Positions 40,013-49,364 of a stretch of 64,000 nucleotides of DNA are shown in pieces (the first letter of the stretch is position 1; the number at the start of each line of letters is the position of its first letter). The notes under the pieces are model-generated. The model saw only the letters and a list, made by a program, of their open reading frames with translations, had not been told where the DNA came from and did no database searches. The translations under genes were made by a program, and so were the position numbers. The stretch is taken from positions 21,404-85,403 of the forward strand of contig CAYPAP010000001.1 of the NCBI GenBank assembly GCA_964408775.1, read 5' to 3'. The DNA comes from an uncultured Gammaproteobacteria bacterium. Lineage in GTDB: Bacteria > Patescibacteriota > Patescibacteriia > Patescibacteriales > UBA12465.

Positions 40013-40207
40013 CTAAATATCCCCCTTCCTGCCTTTGTGCTTATCCTTGCGACTATACTTCTTCTTATTCTTATGAGCCCCACCTTTAAGGCAAAAGGCT
40101 CCGGAGCCAGTTTCTAAATCAGCCTCTCGCCCTCCTTTTTTTAGGCCTTTTAATAAAACCCTTTTCTTATCTTCGTCTGATAAGTTAAAAGATAAATTTT
40201 CCTTCAT
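40013..40207 (-). CDS. small basic protein, candidate BrfA/ArfA-like ribosome rescue factor
   Basis: L..GGRE..L..GS..F...G..HKNKKKYSRKDKHK; starts 6 nt after the gap stop. Confidence 0.55.
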   Translation of the reverse strand: MKENLSFNLSDEDKKRVLLKGLKKGGREADLETGSGAFCLKGGAHKNKKKYSRKDKHKGRKGDI

Positions 40208-40213
40208 AATAAG

Positions 40214-41224
40214 TTAGAATAAATATTTAATTAAATCAGCCAAGCGGTAAGAATAGCCCCATTCATTATCATACCAGGCGACAACTTTGACTAAATCGCC
40301 ATCCATTACCCTAGTTAGTGACAAATCAACTATAGCACTATGATCATTACCAATAATATCGGAAGAAACCAAGGGCTCGGAAGATGCTTCTATTATATTT
40401 TGATATTTTTTGTTTTTAGAAACTCTGATAAAATTATTATTTATTTCCTCAACTGTAGTTTTCTTTTTTAGTAAAAAAACAACATCACACATTGATCCGA
40501 CCACTACCGGCACTCTAACAGCCAACCCATCGAAAGACCCCTTTAGGGATGGAATTATTTTATTAATAGCGATAGCTGCTCCGGTCGTTGTTGGTACTAT
40601 ATTTATAGCTGCCGAACGAGCTCGACGCAAATCTTTATGGGGACCATCTACTAAATTCTGGTCAGCAGTATAAGCATGAATAGTCGTCATTAAAGCTTTT
40701 TTAATACCAAATTTTTGCCTAATAATATCGGTTACTGGGGCTAAACAATTAGTAGTACAAGAAGCGCAAGATAAAATTTGATCTTTCTTGCTAATTTTAT
40801 TTTCATTTACTCCTAAAACTATTGTTTTAACTCCTCCCTCACCCTTAGCCGGGGCGGAAAGAATAACCTTTTTGGCGCCAGCCTTAACATGCAACATTAG
40901 CCCCTCTTTATTAGTAAAGCGACCTGTGCACTCTAGAACTACATCGACTTTCATCTTTGCCCAAGGCAATAGGCTCGGATCTTTTTCTGATAAAACTGGA
41001 ATCTTCTTACCATTAACAATAATGTTTTTTTCATCATGAGAAACTTTCTTGCCATAAACTCCATAAGCTGAATCATATTTAAGCAGGTGGGACAGAGTTT
41101 TGGTATCAGTCAAATCATTAATAGCCACAATATTATAATGTGGATATTTTTCTGAAATAATTTTAAAAACAGCTCGGCCAATACGGCCAAAACCATTAAT
41201 AGCGACATTCAATTTTTTAGGCAT
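40214..41224 (-). CDS. gap: type I glyceraldehyde-3-phosphate dehydrogenase
   Basis: INGFGRIGR, ASCTTNCLAP, WYDNEWGY. Confidence 0.98.
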   Translation of the reverse strand: MPKKLNVAINGFGRIGRAVFKIISEKYPHYNIVAINDLTDTKTLSHLLKYDSAYGVYGKKVSHDEKNIIVNGKKIPVLSEKDPSLLPWAKMKVDVVLECTGRFTNKEGLMLHVKAGAKKVILSAPAKGEGGVKTIVLGVNENKISKKDQILSCASCTTNCLAPVTDIIRQKFGIKKALMTTIHAYTADQNLVDGPHKDLRRARSAAINIVPTTTGAAIAINKIIPSLKGSFDGLAVRVPVVVGSMCDVVFLLKKKTTVEEINNNFIRVSKNKKYQNIIEASSEPLVSSDIIGNDHSAIVDLSLTRVMDGDLVKVVAWYDNEWGYSYRLADLIKYLF

Positions 41225-41330
41225 ACTTTTTAAATTTAAGTTTATAAATACAAGAAGATTATAACATATTTTTTAAAAATAAAAAAACGCTCTAGGCGTT
41301 CTTTTATTTATCTGAAAAGTTAAACTTGAA

Positions 41331-42146
41331 TTATTTCTTATGACGATTTAAATCTACCTCAACCACCACTCCTCTATCATCGTTTTTATCTCCCTTGAAA
41401 TAAACATCAACTGACTGTTTTAGGACGTGATGACCGACCACTTCTCCTCTGCGACCATCAACATTTACTTTAGTTCCAATAGGCGGAAGTTTTTTTGATA
41501 ATTCTAAATAACCTTCATACTCATAATTTAGGCAGCACATTAACTTACCACAAATCCCTGAGACCCTATCACTGCCACGATGAACAACCTGCTGGGTCTC
41601 AGCCATCTCTGAAGTAATGGAAGAAAATTCCCTAATATTGCCCTTGCAACACAAACCTCTGCCACAATGACCAAAATCACCGCAAAAACGGGCCTCATCA
41701 CGACTACCAATCTGGGTTAGGCGGATAATCCCCTTAAAATGGCTCGACAAATCTTTAACTAAATCTCTAAAATCAACTCTGCCCTCAGAAAAAAAAGCAA
41801 AATTTATTCTATTCTTATCTAAGGAAAAACGGACATCAATTAATTTCATCGGTAAATCATACTTCTCTATTATTTGGCTACAATAATCTAGAGCTGTTTT
41901 CCTCTCCTCCTCACTTACCACTCTACTTAAGTCATCTTCACTGGCCAAGCGCAAAACTGGTTTAATACTATTCCTATCCTCCTCATCTTTAATCTCGGAG
42001 ATATCTTTAAATCCAAAAACAGTACCAATTTCTTGACCAAACTCAGTCTCGACTATAACCATATCGTCAATCTTTAGGTCTAAGTCATTAACACTAAAAT
42101 TATATTTTTTATCCCAAGAGACAAATTGTATTTGTGCTATTTTCAT
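41331..42146 (-). CDS. PSP1 / RicT (YaaT) domain protein
   Basis: GRVDFRDLVKDL, GHCGRGLCC, SGICGKLMCCLNYE. Confidence 0.9.
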   Translation of the reverse strand: MKIAQIQFVSWDKKYNFSVNDLDLKIDDMVIVETEFGQEIGTVFGFKDISEIKDEEDRNSIKPVLRLASEDDLSRVVSEEERKTALDYCSQIIEKYDLPMKLIDVRFSLDKNRINFAFFSEGRVDFRDLVKDLSSHFKGIIRLTQIGSRDEARFCGDFGHCGRGLCCKGNIREFSSITSEMAETQQVVHRGSDRVSGICGKLMCCLNYEYEGYLELSKKLPPIGTKVNVDGRRGEVVGHHVLKQSVDVYFKGDKNDDRGVVVEVDLNRHKK

Positions 42147-42165
42147 TATTTAATATATCAATTTA

Positions 42166-42960
42166 TTACAAAGAGTACCTAATAAATTTCAGGATATTAA
42201 CCTCACCTAAAATATCTTTAACTGATTTTTTATCGTCCTTTATATACTCTTGATCTAATAAACAAACCTCTGAATAATATTTCTTAATTTTACCCTGCAT
42301 AATATTATCGATCATGTTTTCTGGCTTTCCCTCTTTTAATAATTGTTCTTTATAAATATCCTTTTCTTTTTCTAGTTCTTCACTGGGAACTTCAGAGCTG
42401 TCTAAATATCTGGGATTAGCAGCAGCAATATGCATAGCAATGTCTCCAGCTAATTCCTCTTTATTAGCTTGATCTAAAGCTACTAGAACACCAATTTTCC
42501 CGCCTAAATGAGAGTAAGCCTCGACTGTTTGCCCGGATACAAAAGCTGTTCTTCCTAGGGCTAATTTTTCCCCAATAACACCGCTAAGGTTGCTTATTTG
42601 GTCTTCAACCGTAGAGCCATCTAAATCCATCTTTAATAATTCCTCGCTACTAGCAGGCTTATTATTTTTTACAACCTCTAGAATATTTTGGGCTAATTCT
42701 TGAAATTTTTCGTTTCTGGCGACAAAATCTGTTTCTGAATTAAGTTCTACGACATAACCCTCACTTTTATCATCATTAACTCCGACAATAATAATTCCCT
42801 CGCTAGCATCTCGCTCACTTCTTTTAGCGGCCTTGGCTATTCCCTTTCTACGCAAAATCTCTACTGCCTTTTCTAAATCTCCACCAGCCTCATCCAGGGC
42901 CTTTTTACAATCAACCATCCCGGCACCAGTTCTATCTCTTAACTCTTTTATATTTTCCAT
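42166..42960 (-). CDS. tsf: elongation factor Ts
   Basis: KELRDRTGAGMVDCKKAL, ELNSETDFVA. Confidence 0.98.
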   Translation of the reverse strand: MENIKELRDRTGAGMVDCKKALDEAGGDLEKAVEILRRKGIAKAAKRSERDASEGIIIVGVNDDKSEGYVVELNSETDFVARNEKFQELAQNILEVVKNNKPASSEELLKMDLDGSTVEDQISNLSGVIGEKLALGRTAFVSGQTVEAYSHLGGKIGVLVALDQANKEELAGDIAMHIAAANPRYLDSSEVPSEELEKEKDIYKEQLLKEGKPENMIDNIMQGKIKKYYSEVCLLDQEYIKDDKKSVKDILGEVNILKFIRYSL

Positions 42961-42986
42961 ATTTTTAAAATTAATTATAAATAAAA

Positions 42987-43679
42987 TTAACTCAACTTAA
43001 CGCTTTTAGCATCATTTAAATTTTCCTTAATACAGTTTAAAATTAAATCAACTGTTTTAGTAGCGTCATCATTACCAGGGATTGGATAGTCTACTAAACT
43101 AGGATCAACATTAGTATCACACATAGCAACAATTGGGATTTTTTTACTTCTGGCTTCTGTCAGAGCTGTTTTTTCTTCTTTAATATCCCAAATAAAAATA
43201 GCATCTGGTAACTTAGTCAAGCCCACTAAACCGCCCACTCTTTCCTCTAGGCGCTTAATATCTCTATCAAAATCTAATTTTTCTTTTTTGGTATACTTAT
43301 TTAATTTACCACTTTCCCTATCATTTAATAAATCTTGGTATTTTTTAATAGATTTTTTAATAACAGAAAAATTAGTTAAAAGCCCTCCTAACCACTTACC
43401 AACAATATAGGGAGATTTTACTTCCTCTGCCATTTTTTTCATAGAACCCTTCACCTGTTTTTTAGTCCCAACAAAAAGAATAACCTTGTCTTCTTTTTTT
43501 AACTTAACCATAAAATCTAAAGCCTCCCGAAGTTTTTCTTGGGATTTCTCTAGATCAACAATGTAAACACCATTTTTTTTAGTGAAAATAAATGGTTCCA
43601 TTTTGGGATGCCAACGGTTTGTCCTATGACCGAAATGCATACCCGCTTTCATCATTTCTTCTAACTTAGGAATTTTCAT
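42987..43679 (-). CDS. rpsB: 30S ribosomal protein S2
   Basis: AGMHFGH, WHPKM, WLGGLLTN, IPGNDDA. Confidence 0.98.
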   Translation of the reverse strand: MKIPKLEEMMKAGMHFGHRTNRWHPKMEPFIFTKKNGVYIVDLEKSQEKLREALDFMVKLKKEDKVILFVGTKKQVKGSMKKMAEEVKSPYIVGKWLGGLLTNFSVIKKSIKKYQDLLNDRESGKLNKYTKKEKLDFDRDIKRLEERVGGLVGLTKLPDAIFIWDIKEEKTALTEARSKKIPIVAMCDTNVDPSLVDYPIPGNDDATKTVDLILNCIKENLNDAKSVKLS

Positions 43680-43693
43680 ATTTTTTTCTTTTA

Positions 43694-43848
43694 TCCCGCC
43701 TATATAGGCGAGCTGCTGCCCACAAAATTTATATGTTTAATATAAACAAGAAATTGGAATGAGCATGTTTTTTAAAATTAATAAAAAGCTCAAATATTTA
43801 TACTATTTAAGCTTACTATATAATATACACTTTTCATTAAAAAGTCAA
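43694..43848 (-). promoter_or_regulatory. rpsB promoter and structured leader
   Basis: minus strand TTGACT-N17-TATTAT, then a TGCTCA...TGGGCA stem and a CTCGCCTA/TAGGCGGG hairpin before the start. Confidence 0.55.
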
Positions 43849-43860
43849 TCCCCAAAAAGC

Positions 43861-45339
43861 CTAATTTTGGTAGAAATCTTTAACCATTTTATTAAATAAA
43901 CTAATGTCATTATTATAAGACTCGGCCTTCAACTGATAATTATTTAGAACATTATTATAGTTAGACACCTTGGTATTATACTCATTAACAGAAATATTAT
44001 AATTACTAGTATCTCCGGTGGCCTGATATTCATCTATTTTTACAAGTAAAGCATCTAATTCTGCCCTGAGAACGCTTAATTGCGCGACTATAGAATCTAA
44101 TTCTAATTTTTTATTTTTAATAGAGGCGTTCATATCCGATATAGCACTGACTTGGCTGGTAATACTACTCATGCCCGTAAAAAGCCTTCCCACTGTTTTA
44201 TTATAAATTTCAACTACACCCAAGCTACTTCCACTAAATATTTCTGACCAATTAACATCTCCTACCCTGGCCTGCCCCGAAGATAAGCCTGTTGGGAAAA
44301 CACCTACTGGAAAATAATTTGTTGTTTCTATAAAACAAAATCCCGAATTATAGGAAGACTGACCCGAACAGGCTACGGCTACAGCTGAGTGATTGTCATT
44401 GGGATAGTCAAAAATAGTAGCCCCGTAACCCAAGCCATTTAACAACGAATGAGCCAAGAAAGCCTTATCCGAACAAACCCCCGAATTTTTATATAAAGTT
44501 TCATAAGGAAAGTTTTGTGGGCTAGCGCTAGTCTTAGTATTATCATAGGGAATAAATTGAACTAACGCCATCGCAAATTCCACTAATTCATTATCATTAA
44601 ATCCCTCACTAGCCGCTATTTTTTTTAAACCGGCCACCAGATTATCGATAGAGTCATCTCCGTTTTTTAAAGTTAAAAATATTTCATAATAACTCTCCCG
44701 AGGATTAGAAGGAGGATTGGAAGAAGAATACTGCAAGGATTTATTGGATTTTTTATAGCTATTATACAAATCGTCTCTAAAAATCTGATCTAAATAATAA
44801 TCTTTATTTTTATATCTAAAATTGAACCTAACTGTTTTCTGACCCGGCTCAATAGAAGGGGCCTCTCCATTATTAATAACCAAGGCTTGCAAGCTTATTT
44901 GCCCTAAATTAGTATTAGATATTCCCAAGCCTAAATTACGCATGATATTAAAAGCATCAGCTGGTCGACCCAAATAATAAAGGCGATTATTTTCGGGATT
45001 AACATAGTAAGCCTGACCCTTGTCCTCAACCTGAAGTAAAATTCTTCCGGACAAATTAGCCCGAGCCCCATTTTTAATAAAATTATTTACGTCACTATTT
45101 GATACACCTAAACCAAAATGACGCATAATATTAAAAGCGTCATTTGGTCGACCTAAATAATAACCCTTCAAATCTAACGGGTTAACATAATAAGCCTCGC
45201 CATTTTTTTCTACCTGTAATATTATTTTTCCTGACAACCGATTAGCCAAAGCAGATGTTTCGGCTCTGGACACAAAGGGAATAAAAAACAAAGAAAGCAG
45301 AAACAGGGTCAATAATATTTTATTCTTAAAAATCTTCAT
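43861..45339 (-). CDS. secreted protein with two CPR-type repeats, transglutaminase-like domain and coiled coil
   Basis: signal peptide MKIFKNKILL...SRA; two LSG[KR]I.LQVE..G.AYYVNP...YYLGRP.DAFNIMR..GLG.SN repeats; GVCSDK...HSAVAV...IETT. Confidence 0.8.
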   Translation of the reverse strand: MKIFKNKILLTLFLLSLFFIPFVSRAETSALANRLSGKIILQVEKNGEAYYVNPLDLKGYYLGRPNDAFNIMRHFGLGVSNSDVNNFIKNGARANLSGRILLQVEDKGQAYYVNPENNRLYYLGRPADAFNIMRNLGLGISNTNLGQISLQALVINNGEAPSIEPGQKTVRFNFRYKNKDYYLDQIFRDDLYNSYKKSNKSLQYSSSNPPSNPRESYYEIFLTLKNGDDSIDNLVAGLKKIAASEGFNDNELVEFAMALVQFIPYDNTKTSASPQNFPYETLYKNSGVCSDKAFLAHSLLNGLGYGATIFDYPNDNHSAVAVACSGQSSYNSGFCFIETTNYFPVGVFPTGLSSGQARVGDVNWSEIFSGSSLGVVEIYNKTVGRLFTGMSSITSQVSAISDMNASIKNKKLELDSIVAQLSVLRAELDALLVKIDEYQATGDTSNYNISVNEYNTKVSNYNNVLNNYQLKAESYNNDISLFNKMVKDFYQN

Positions 45340-45711
45340 TTTTTTTATTTTAATATCAGGGTCCCTATCATATTTGGGAATAACTATATTAAAATTATTA
45401 ATTCTCTTAATATTTTCTTTATCGGAAACAAAAGTCTCCACGGGGATGCCCAGGGCATAGGCCAAGGCATTGGCAGTTAGAACCCCGATACGTAAAGAAG
45501 TAAAGCTACTTCCTCGATTCTCAACTTTTATTTTTTTGATAAGCTTTAATTCTATTTTAGCGCCAAGCATCATTTTTTCAATAGCCGGCAAAAGCTTTTC
45601 AGCCTGAGAACGATGGGCTTTGATTTTTTTCTTTTTTATAATAACTCCCCTTCTCTCTAGAGATAATTCTATTATTTCATTGTCAGAAGTGTTTATATTT
45701 AAAGTTAACAT
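45336..45711 (-). CDS. tsaB: short TsaB-like protein, in frame with the downstream gene as sequenced
   Basis: QAEKLLPAIE, SFTSLRIGV..ANALAYALGIPV; no stop before the ATG at 45339. Confidence 0.75.
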
Positions 45712-45826
45712 AAATCATTTATAAAATTTACTATAAGTAAATTATAGCATATTTTTTTATTTTCAAGAAGAAAGGAGAGATAATATTTGATATATCAAAC
45801 AAAAATAGATCTAATTTTATTACCAC

Positions 45827-46771
45827 TTAAGCCGATAATAAAAATACCTTTATATCCTCGTAAGACTTAGACTTCATAACCTTATCTCTTAAATTAGAAG
45901 CTCCTGGAAAATCTTTCAAGTACCAAGCTAAGTGTCCCTTAAATTCATTAAAACTAATATCACCCCTATTTTTATTTATTAATTCCAAATGTCTTAAGGC
46001 GATTTCAATTATTAATATCTTTTTATTATCTCCATCAATATCCTGAAAGTCTTTAGAAAAAACCCAGGGACGGCCAAGAGCTCCCCGACCGAAGGCAACA
46101 CCGTCTACTCCCGTTTTTTTAAAAACATCGTAGGCCTCGGATAAATCATTTATCCCTCCATTGGCTAAAATTACTCCTGAAAAATAATTGCGACTTTCTT
46201 TTATTAAATCTAAATCAATCGGACCAGAAAAAAGTTGCTTTAAGCTACGTCCGTGTATCATCAAAGCTGAAACAGGTAAATCAGAAATATTTTTTAAAAA
46301 ATCCAATAAGCCCACTGAGAAAGCCTCGGTGCGAACCTTTATAGATAAAGGAATTTTTGTGTTTTCTAAAACAGCTTCTATTATTTCTCGTGATAATTTT
46401 AAGTCCCCCATTAATTTAGACCCCGCTCCTTGTTTTAAAACTTTTTTAACTGGACAGCCAAAATTTATATCAATACCGTCAGGTTTAATGTTTTTTTCCA
46501 AAAATTTTACAGCCTCAATAAAGTGGTTTTTGTTTGATCCAAAAATTTGTACAACATAGGGTTTTTCTTTTTTATCAAATTTTAGCATCTCCAGGGTCTT
46601 CTTAGGTTTATACTTTAGGGCTGAAACAGAGGCCATTTCGCTATAAACAACATCAGCCCCAAACTCCTTACAAATAAAGCGAAAAGCCGAATCTGTAAAT
46701 CCGGCCAGTGGAGCTAGAGCCAAAATGGGCTCGTCTTTTTTATCTTTTTTTAATTTATGCCAAAAATTCAT
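45827..46771 (-). CDS. tRNA-dihydrouridine synthase
   Basis: LAPLAGFTD, DINFGCP, IHGR, ANGGI, GRGALGRPW. Confidence 0.93.
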   Translation of the reverse strand: MNFWHKLKKDKKDEPILALAPLAGFTDSAFRFICKEFGADVVYSEMASVSALKYKPKKTLEMLKFDKKEKPYVVQIFGSNKNHFIEAVKFLEKNIKPDGIDINFGCPVKKVLKQGAGSKLMGDLKLSREIIEAVLENTKIPLSIKVRTEAFSVGLLDFLKNISDLPVSALMIHGRSLKQLFSGPIDLDLIKESRNYFSGVILANGGINDLSEAYDVFKKTGVDGVAFGRGALGRPWVFSKDFQDIDGDNKKILIIEIALRHLELINKNRGDISFNEFKGHLAWYLKDFPGASNLRDKVMKSKSYEDIKVFLLSA

Positions 46772-46785
46772 TTTTAAAAATTACA

Positions 46786-48228
46786 TTACTTTTTAGTTAA
46801 CTCTGTTTTATTTCCTGCTAAATCTTGAACCTCATAACCCATTCCCTCTAGTTTTAACCTAAGCTCATCTGATTTAGCAAAATCTTTATTCTTCCGAGCA
46901 ATAATTCTCTCGTTTAAAATTTTCTTAACATCCTCCGGCAAATTCTCCTCTATATTTCTGGAAGCATCTTTTTCTTCGTCGCCCTCTAATACCTTTCCCA
47001 AATTTAAACCCCAAATCAAATCAAAATCTAAAATAGTAGCCAATTTATCCTCATTTGACAATTCTGATTTTAAAATATCAGAAATTAAAGACAAACTTCT
47101 AGAGGCATTAAAATCATCCAATAAATAATCTAAAAACTTATTCTTAAATTCTTCATTAACAACACCTATATTATTACCTAATTTTTCAACTTTAGATAAA
47201 AGATTAGTTAGTCCTTTTTGTGAGGCTTTTAAGGCTTCAAAGGTAAAGTTTTGTTTAGATCGATAATGAGCCTGCAAGAAAAAATACCTCAATGCTAAAG
47301 CCGAAAAACCTTTAGAGATGATATCTGACAGACTAAAGCTATTGCCCTCTGATTTAGCCATTTTACCATCATTCAACAGTAAGTGCTCATTATGGAGCCA
47401 ATAATTAGCTAGCCTATCTCCAGTAGCAGCCTCGCTCTGAGCTATTTCATTGCTATGGTGGACACTGACATGCTCAATACCTCCCATATGAATATCAATA
47501 GTGTCTCCTAAAAATTGCCTTATCATTGCTGAGCATTCTAGATGCCAACCGGGAAAACCTCGGCCACCCTCTACTAAAGAGGAGTTAAAAGGCGATTCCC
47601 ATGTTTGCAGGGCATTCTTGTGCTTCCCTGCTTTAAAGAACCATAAAGCAAAATCATAATGATTTTTTTTATTAATATCACTAACATCTCCCTGCCCAGC
47701 GCCACTAATATTTTTTTCTAATTTACGCCCCGATAATTTACTGTAATCCTTAAACTTGTCCACCTCAAAGTAGATCGCTAAGTCCGTTGCATAAGCGTAT
47801 CCCTTGGCAATTAATAACTGAATAATCTCTATCATTTCATTAATACTTTCCGTAGCCCTTGGTTTAAACTTTGGTTCTAATATATTAAGTTTATTAACAT
47901 CCTCTTCGTAAATTTTTATAAACTTACTAGCAACCTCATCGGGACTTAGCTTTTCTTGACGAGCGGTCTTTTCTATTTTATCCTCGCCCTCATCCTCATC
48001 CGAAACCAAATGACCAACATCAGTATAATTCCTAACCATGGAAACATTGTAATTCAAGTATTTAAAGGTCCTATGAATAATATCGGCGCAATAAGATCCT
48101 CGCAAATTGCCAATATGCTGGGTCCAATAAACTGTCGGACCACAATAATAAAAAGAAACCTCGCCTGGCTGGAGGGGCTCAAACTCTTCTTTTTTCCTAC
48201 TTAAAGTGTTATATAAATAAACCTTCAT
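46786..48228 (-). CDS. cysS: cysteine--tRNA ligase
   Basis: CGPTVY, HIGN, GFPGWHLECSAM, KMAKS. Confidence 0.98.
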   Translation of the reverse strand: MKVYLYNTLSRKKEEFEPLQPGEVSFYYCGPTVYWTQHIGNLRGSYCADIIHRTFKYLNYNVSMVRNYTDVGHLVSDEDEGEDKIEKTARQEKLSPDEVASKFIKIYEEDVNKLNILEPKFKPRATESINEMIEIIQLLIAKGYAYATDLAIYFEVDKFKDYSKLSGRKLEKNISGAGQGDVSDINKKNHYDFALWFFKAGKHKNALQTWESPFNSSLVEGGRGFPGWHLECSAMIRQFLGDTIDIHMGGIEHVSVHHSNEIAQSEAATGDRLANYWLHNEHLLLNDGKMAKSEGNSFSLSDIISKGFSALALRYFFLQAHYRSKQNFTFEALKASQKGLTNLLSKVEKLGNNIGVVNEEFKNKFLDYLLDDFNASRSLSLISDILKSELSNEDKLATILDFDLIWGLNLGKVLEGDEEKDASRNIEENLPEDVKKILNERIIARKNKDFAKSDELRLKLEGMGYEVQDLAGNKTELTKK

Positions 48229-48243
48229 AAAATTAGATTAAAT

Positions 48244-49356
48244 TTAATCTTTTCTTAATTTTTCCATTAGTTTGGCATAAAATTCCAAATTATTCAAGCT
48301 GGCCATTTTTTGCCCTAAGGACTCGTTAACTTTAAACAAATGATGCAAATAAGACATGGAATTTTCCTGCAATATTTTCAGTTCTGAGTCTTTATTAATT
48401 TTTTTAAAATTACTAATATTAGATGAATTTTTAATATTAATTTCATTATAGAAATTAATCGATTTTATATCCTTATTTTTGAATTGATAGAGTTTCCCAT
48501 GACGCCCCTCTCTAGTCGGGATAACACAATCAAACATATTCCACCCCATTTTACGGCAACGATAAATATCGGCTGGACTACCAATTCCTAAGGCAAATTT
48601 AATTTTATCGTCGGGAATAATTTTGGCAGTATACTCTAAAATATCAAATAAAAAATTGCCGTTTTCATCTACCGGCCGAGCTCCAAAACCATATCCAGCA
48701 AAGGGAATCTTTTCTTTTAAAAAAACACTATTAGATACATCCAATAATCCGTCTAAACATCTTTTTCTTAGTTCACGACTATTACCTCCTTGAATTACTG
48801 CAATTAATTTAGGGATTTTTTCACCTTTTAGTTTTCTTTTTTTTATTTGCCTAATATATTCTTGGTGGCAACGGCGAGCCCAAGAAATAGTTCGGTCAAC
48901 TGCTAAGGAAATTTTTTTATCAGAAAAATTATAGGGAGGGCAATCGTCTAAACAAACCATAAAATCAGTTCCTAAATCAAACTGAATTTGGATTGATTTT
49001 TCAGGACTTATTTCATGAGTAGACCCATCTATAGGAGACTTAAAAACAGCTCCCTCTTCATTAATTTTTCCCATTTTGGGATTTTGATGAATAAGGGAAA
49101 AAATCTGGAAACCACCACTATCGGATAATAATGGCCCAGACCAATTCATAAAATTATGAATTCCACCAGATTTTTTTATAACTTTAACACCGGGCTGAAG
49201 GTACAAGTGAAAAGTATTAACTACCAAGGCTGATATTCCTGACATTAACAACTCCTTGTTCTCACACATTTTTATAAAACCACGAGTAGCATCGGGCATA
49301 AAAATTGGTAGATTCAATGATCCGTGATGTGTTTTTATTTTATTATTTTTAACCAT
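48244..49356 (-). CDS. tgt: tRNA-guanine transglycosylase family protein
   Basis: NTFHL, DSGGFQ, LDDC, IQGG, FDCVIPTREGRHG, YLHHLF. Confidence 0.92.
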   Translation of the reverse strand: MVKNNKIKTHHGSLNLPIFMPDATRGFIKMCENKELLMSGISALVVNTFHLYLQPGVKVIKKSGGIHNFMNWSGPLLSDSGGFQIFSLIHQNPKMGKINEEGAVFKSPIDGSTHEISPEKSIQIQFDLGTDFMVCLDDCPPYNFSDKKISLAVDRTISWARRCHQEYIRQIKKRKLKGEKIPKLIAVIQGGNSRELRKRCLDGLLDVSNSVFLKEKIPFAGYGFGARPVDENGNFLFDILEYTAKIIPDDKIKFALGIGSPADIYRCRKMGWNMFDCVIPTREGRHGKLYQFKNKDIKSINFYNEINIKNSSNISNFKKINKDSELKILQENSMSYLHHLFKVNESLGQKMASLNNLEFYAKLMEKLRKD

Positions 49357-49364
49357 ACAAAAAT

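Noticed and set aside
39821-40117. 98-aa plus-strand ORF
   Set aside because: Antisense to two better-supported genes and spans the palindromic element.
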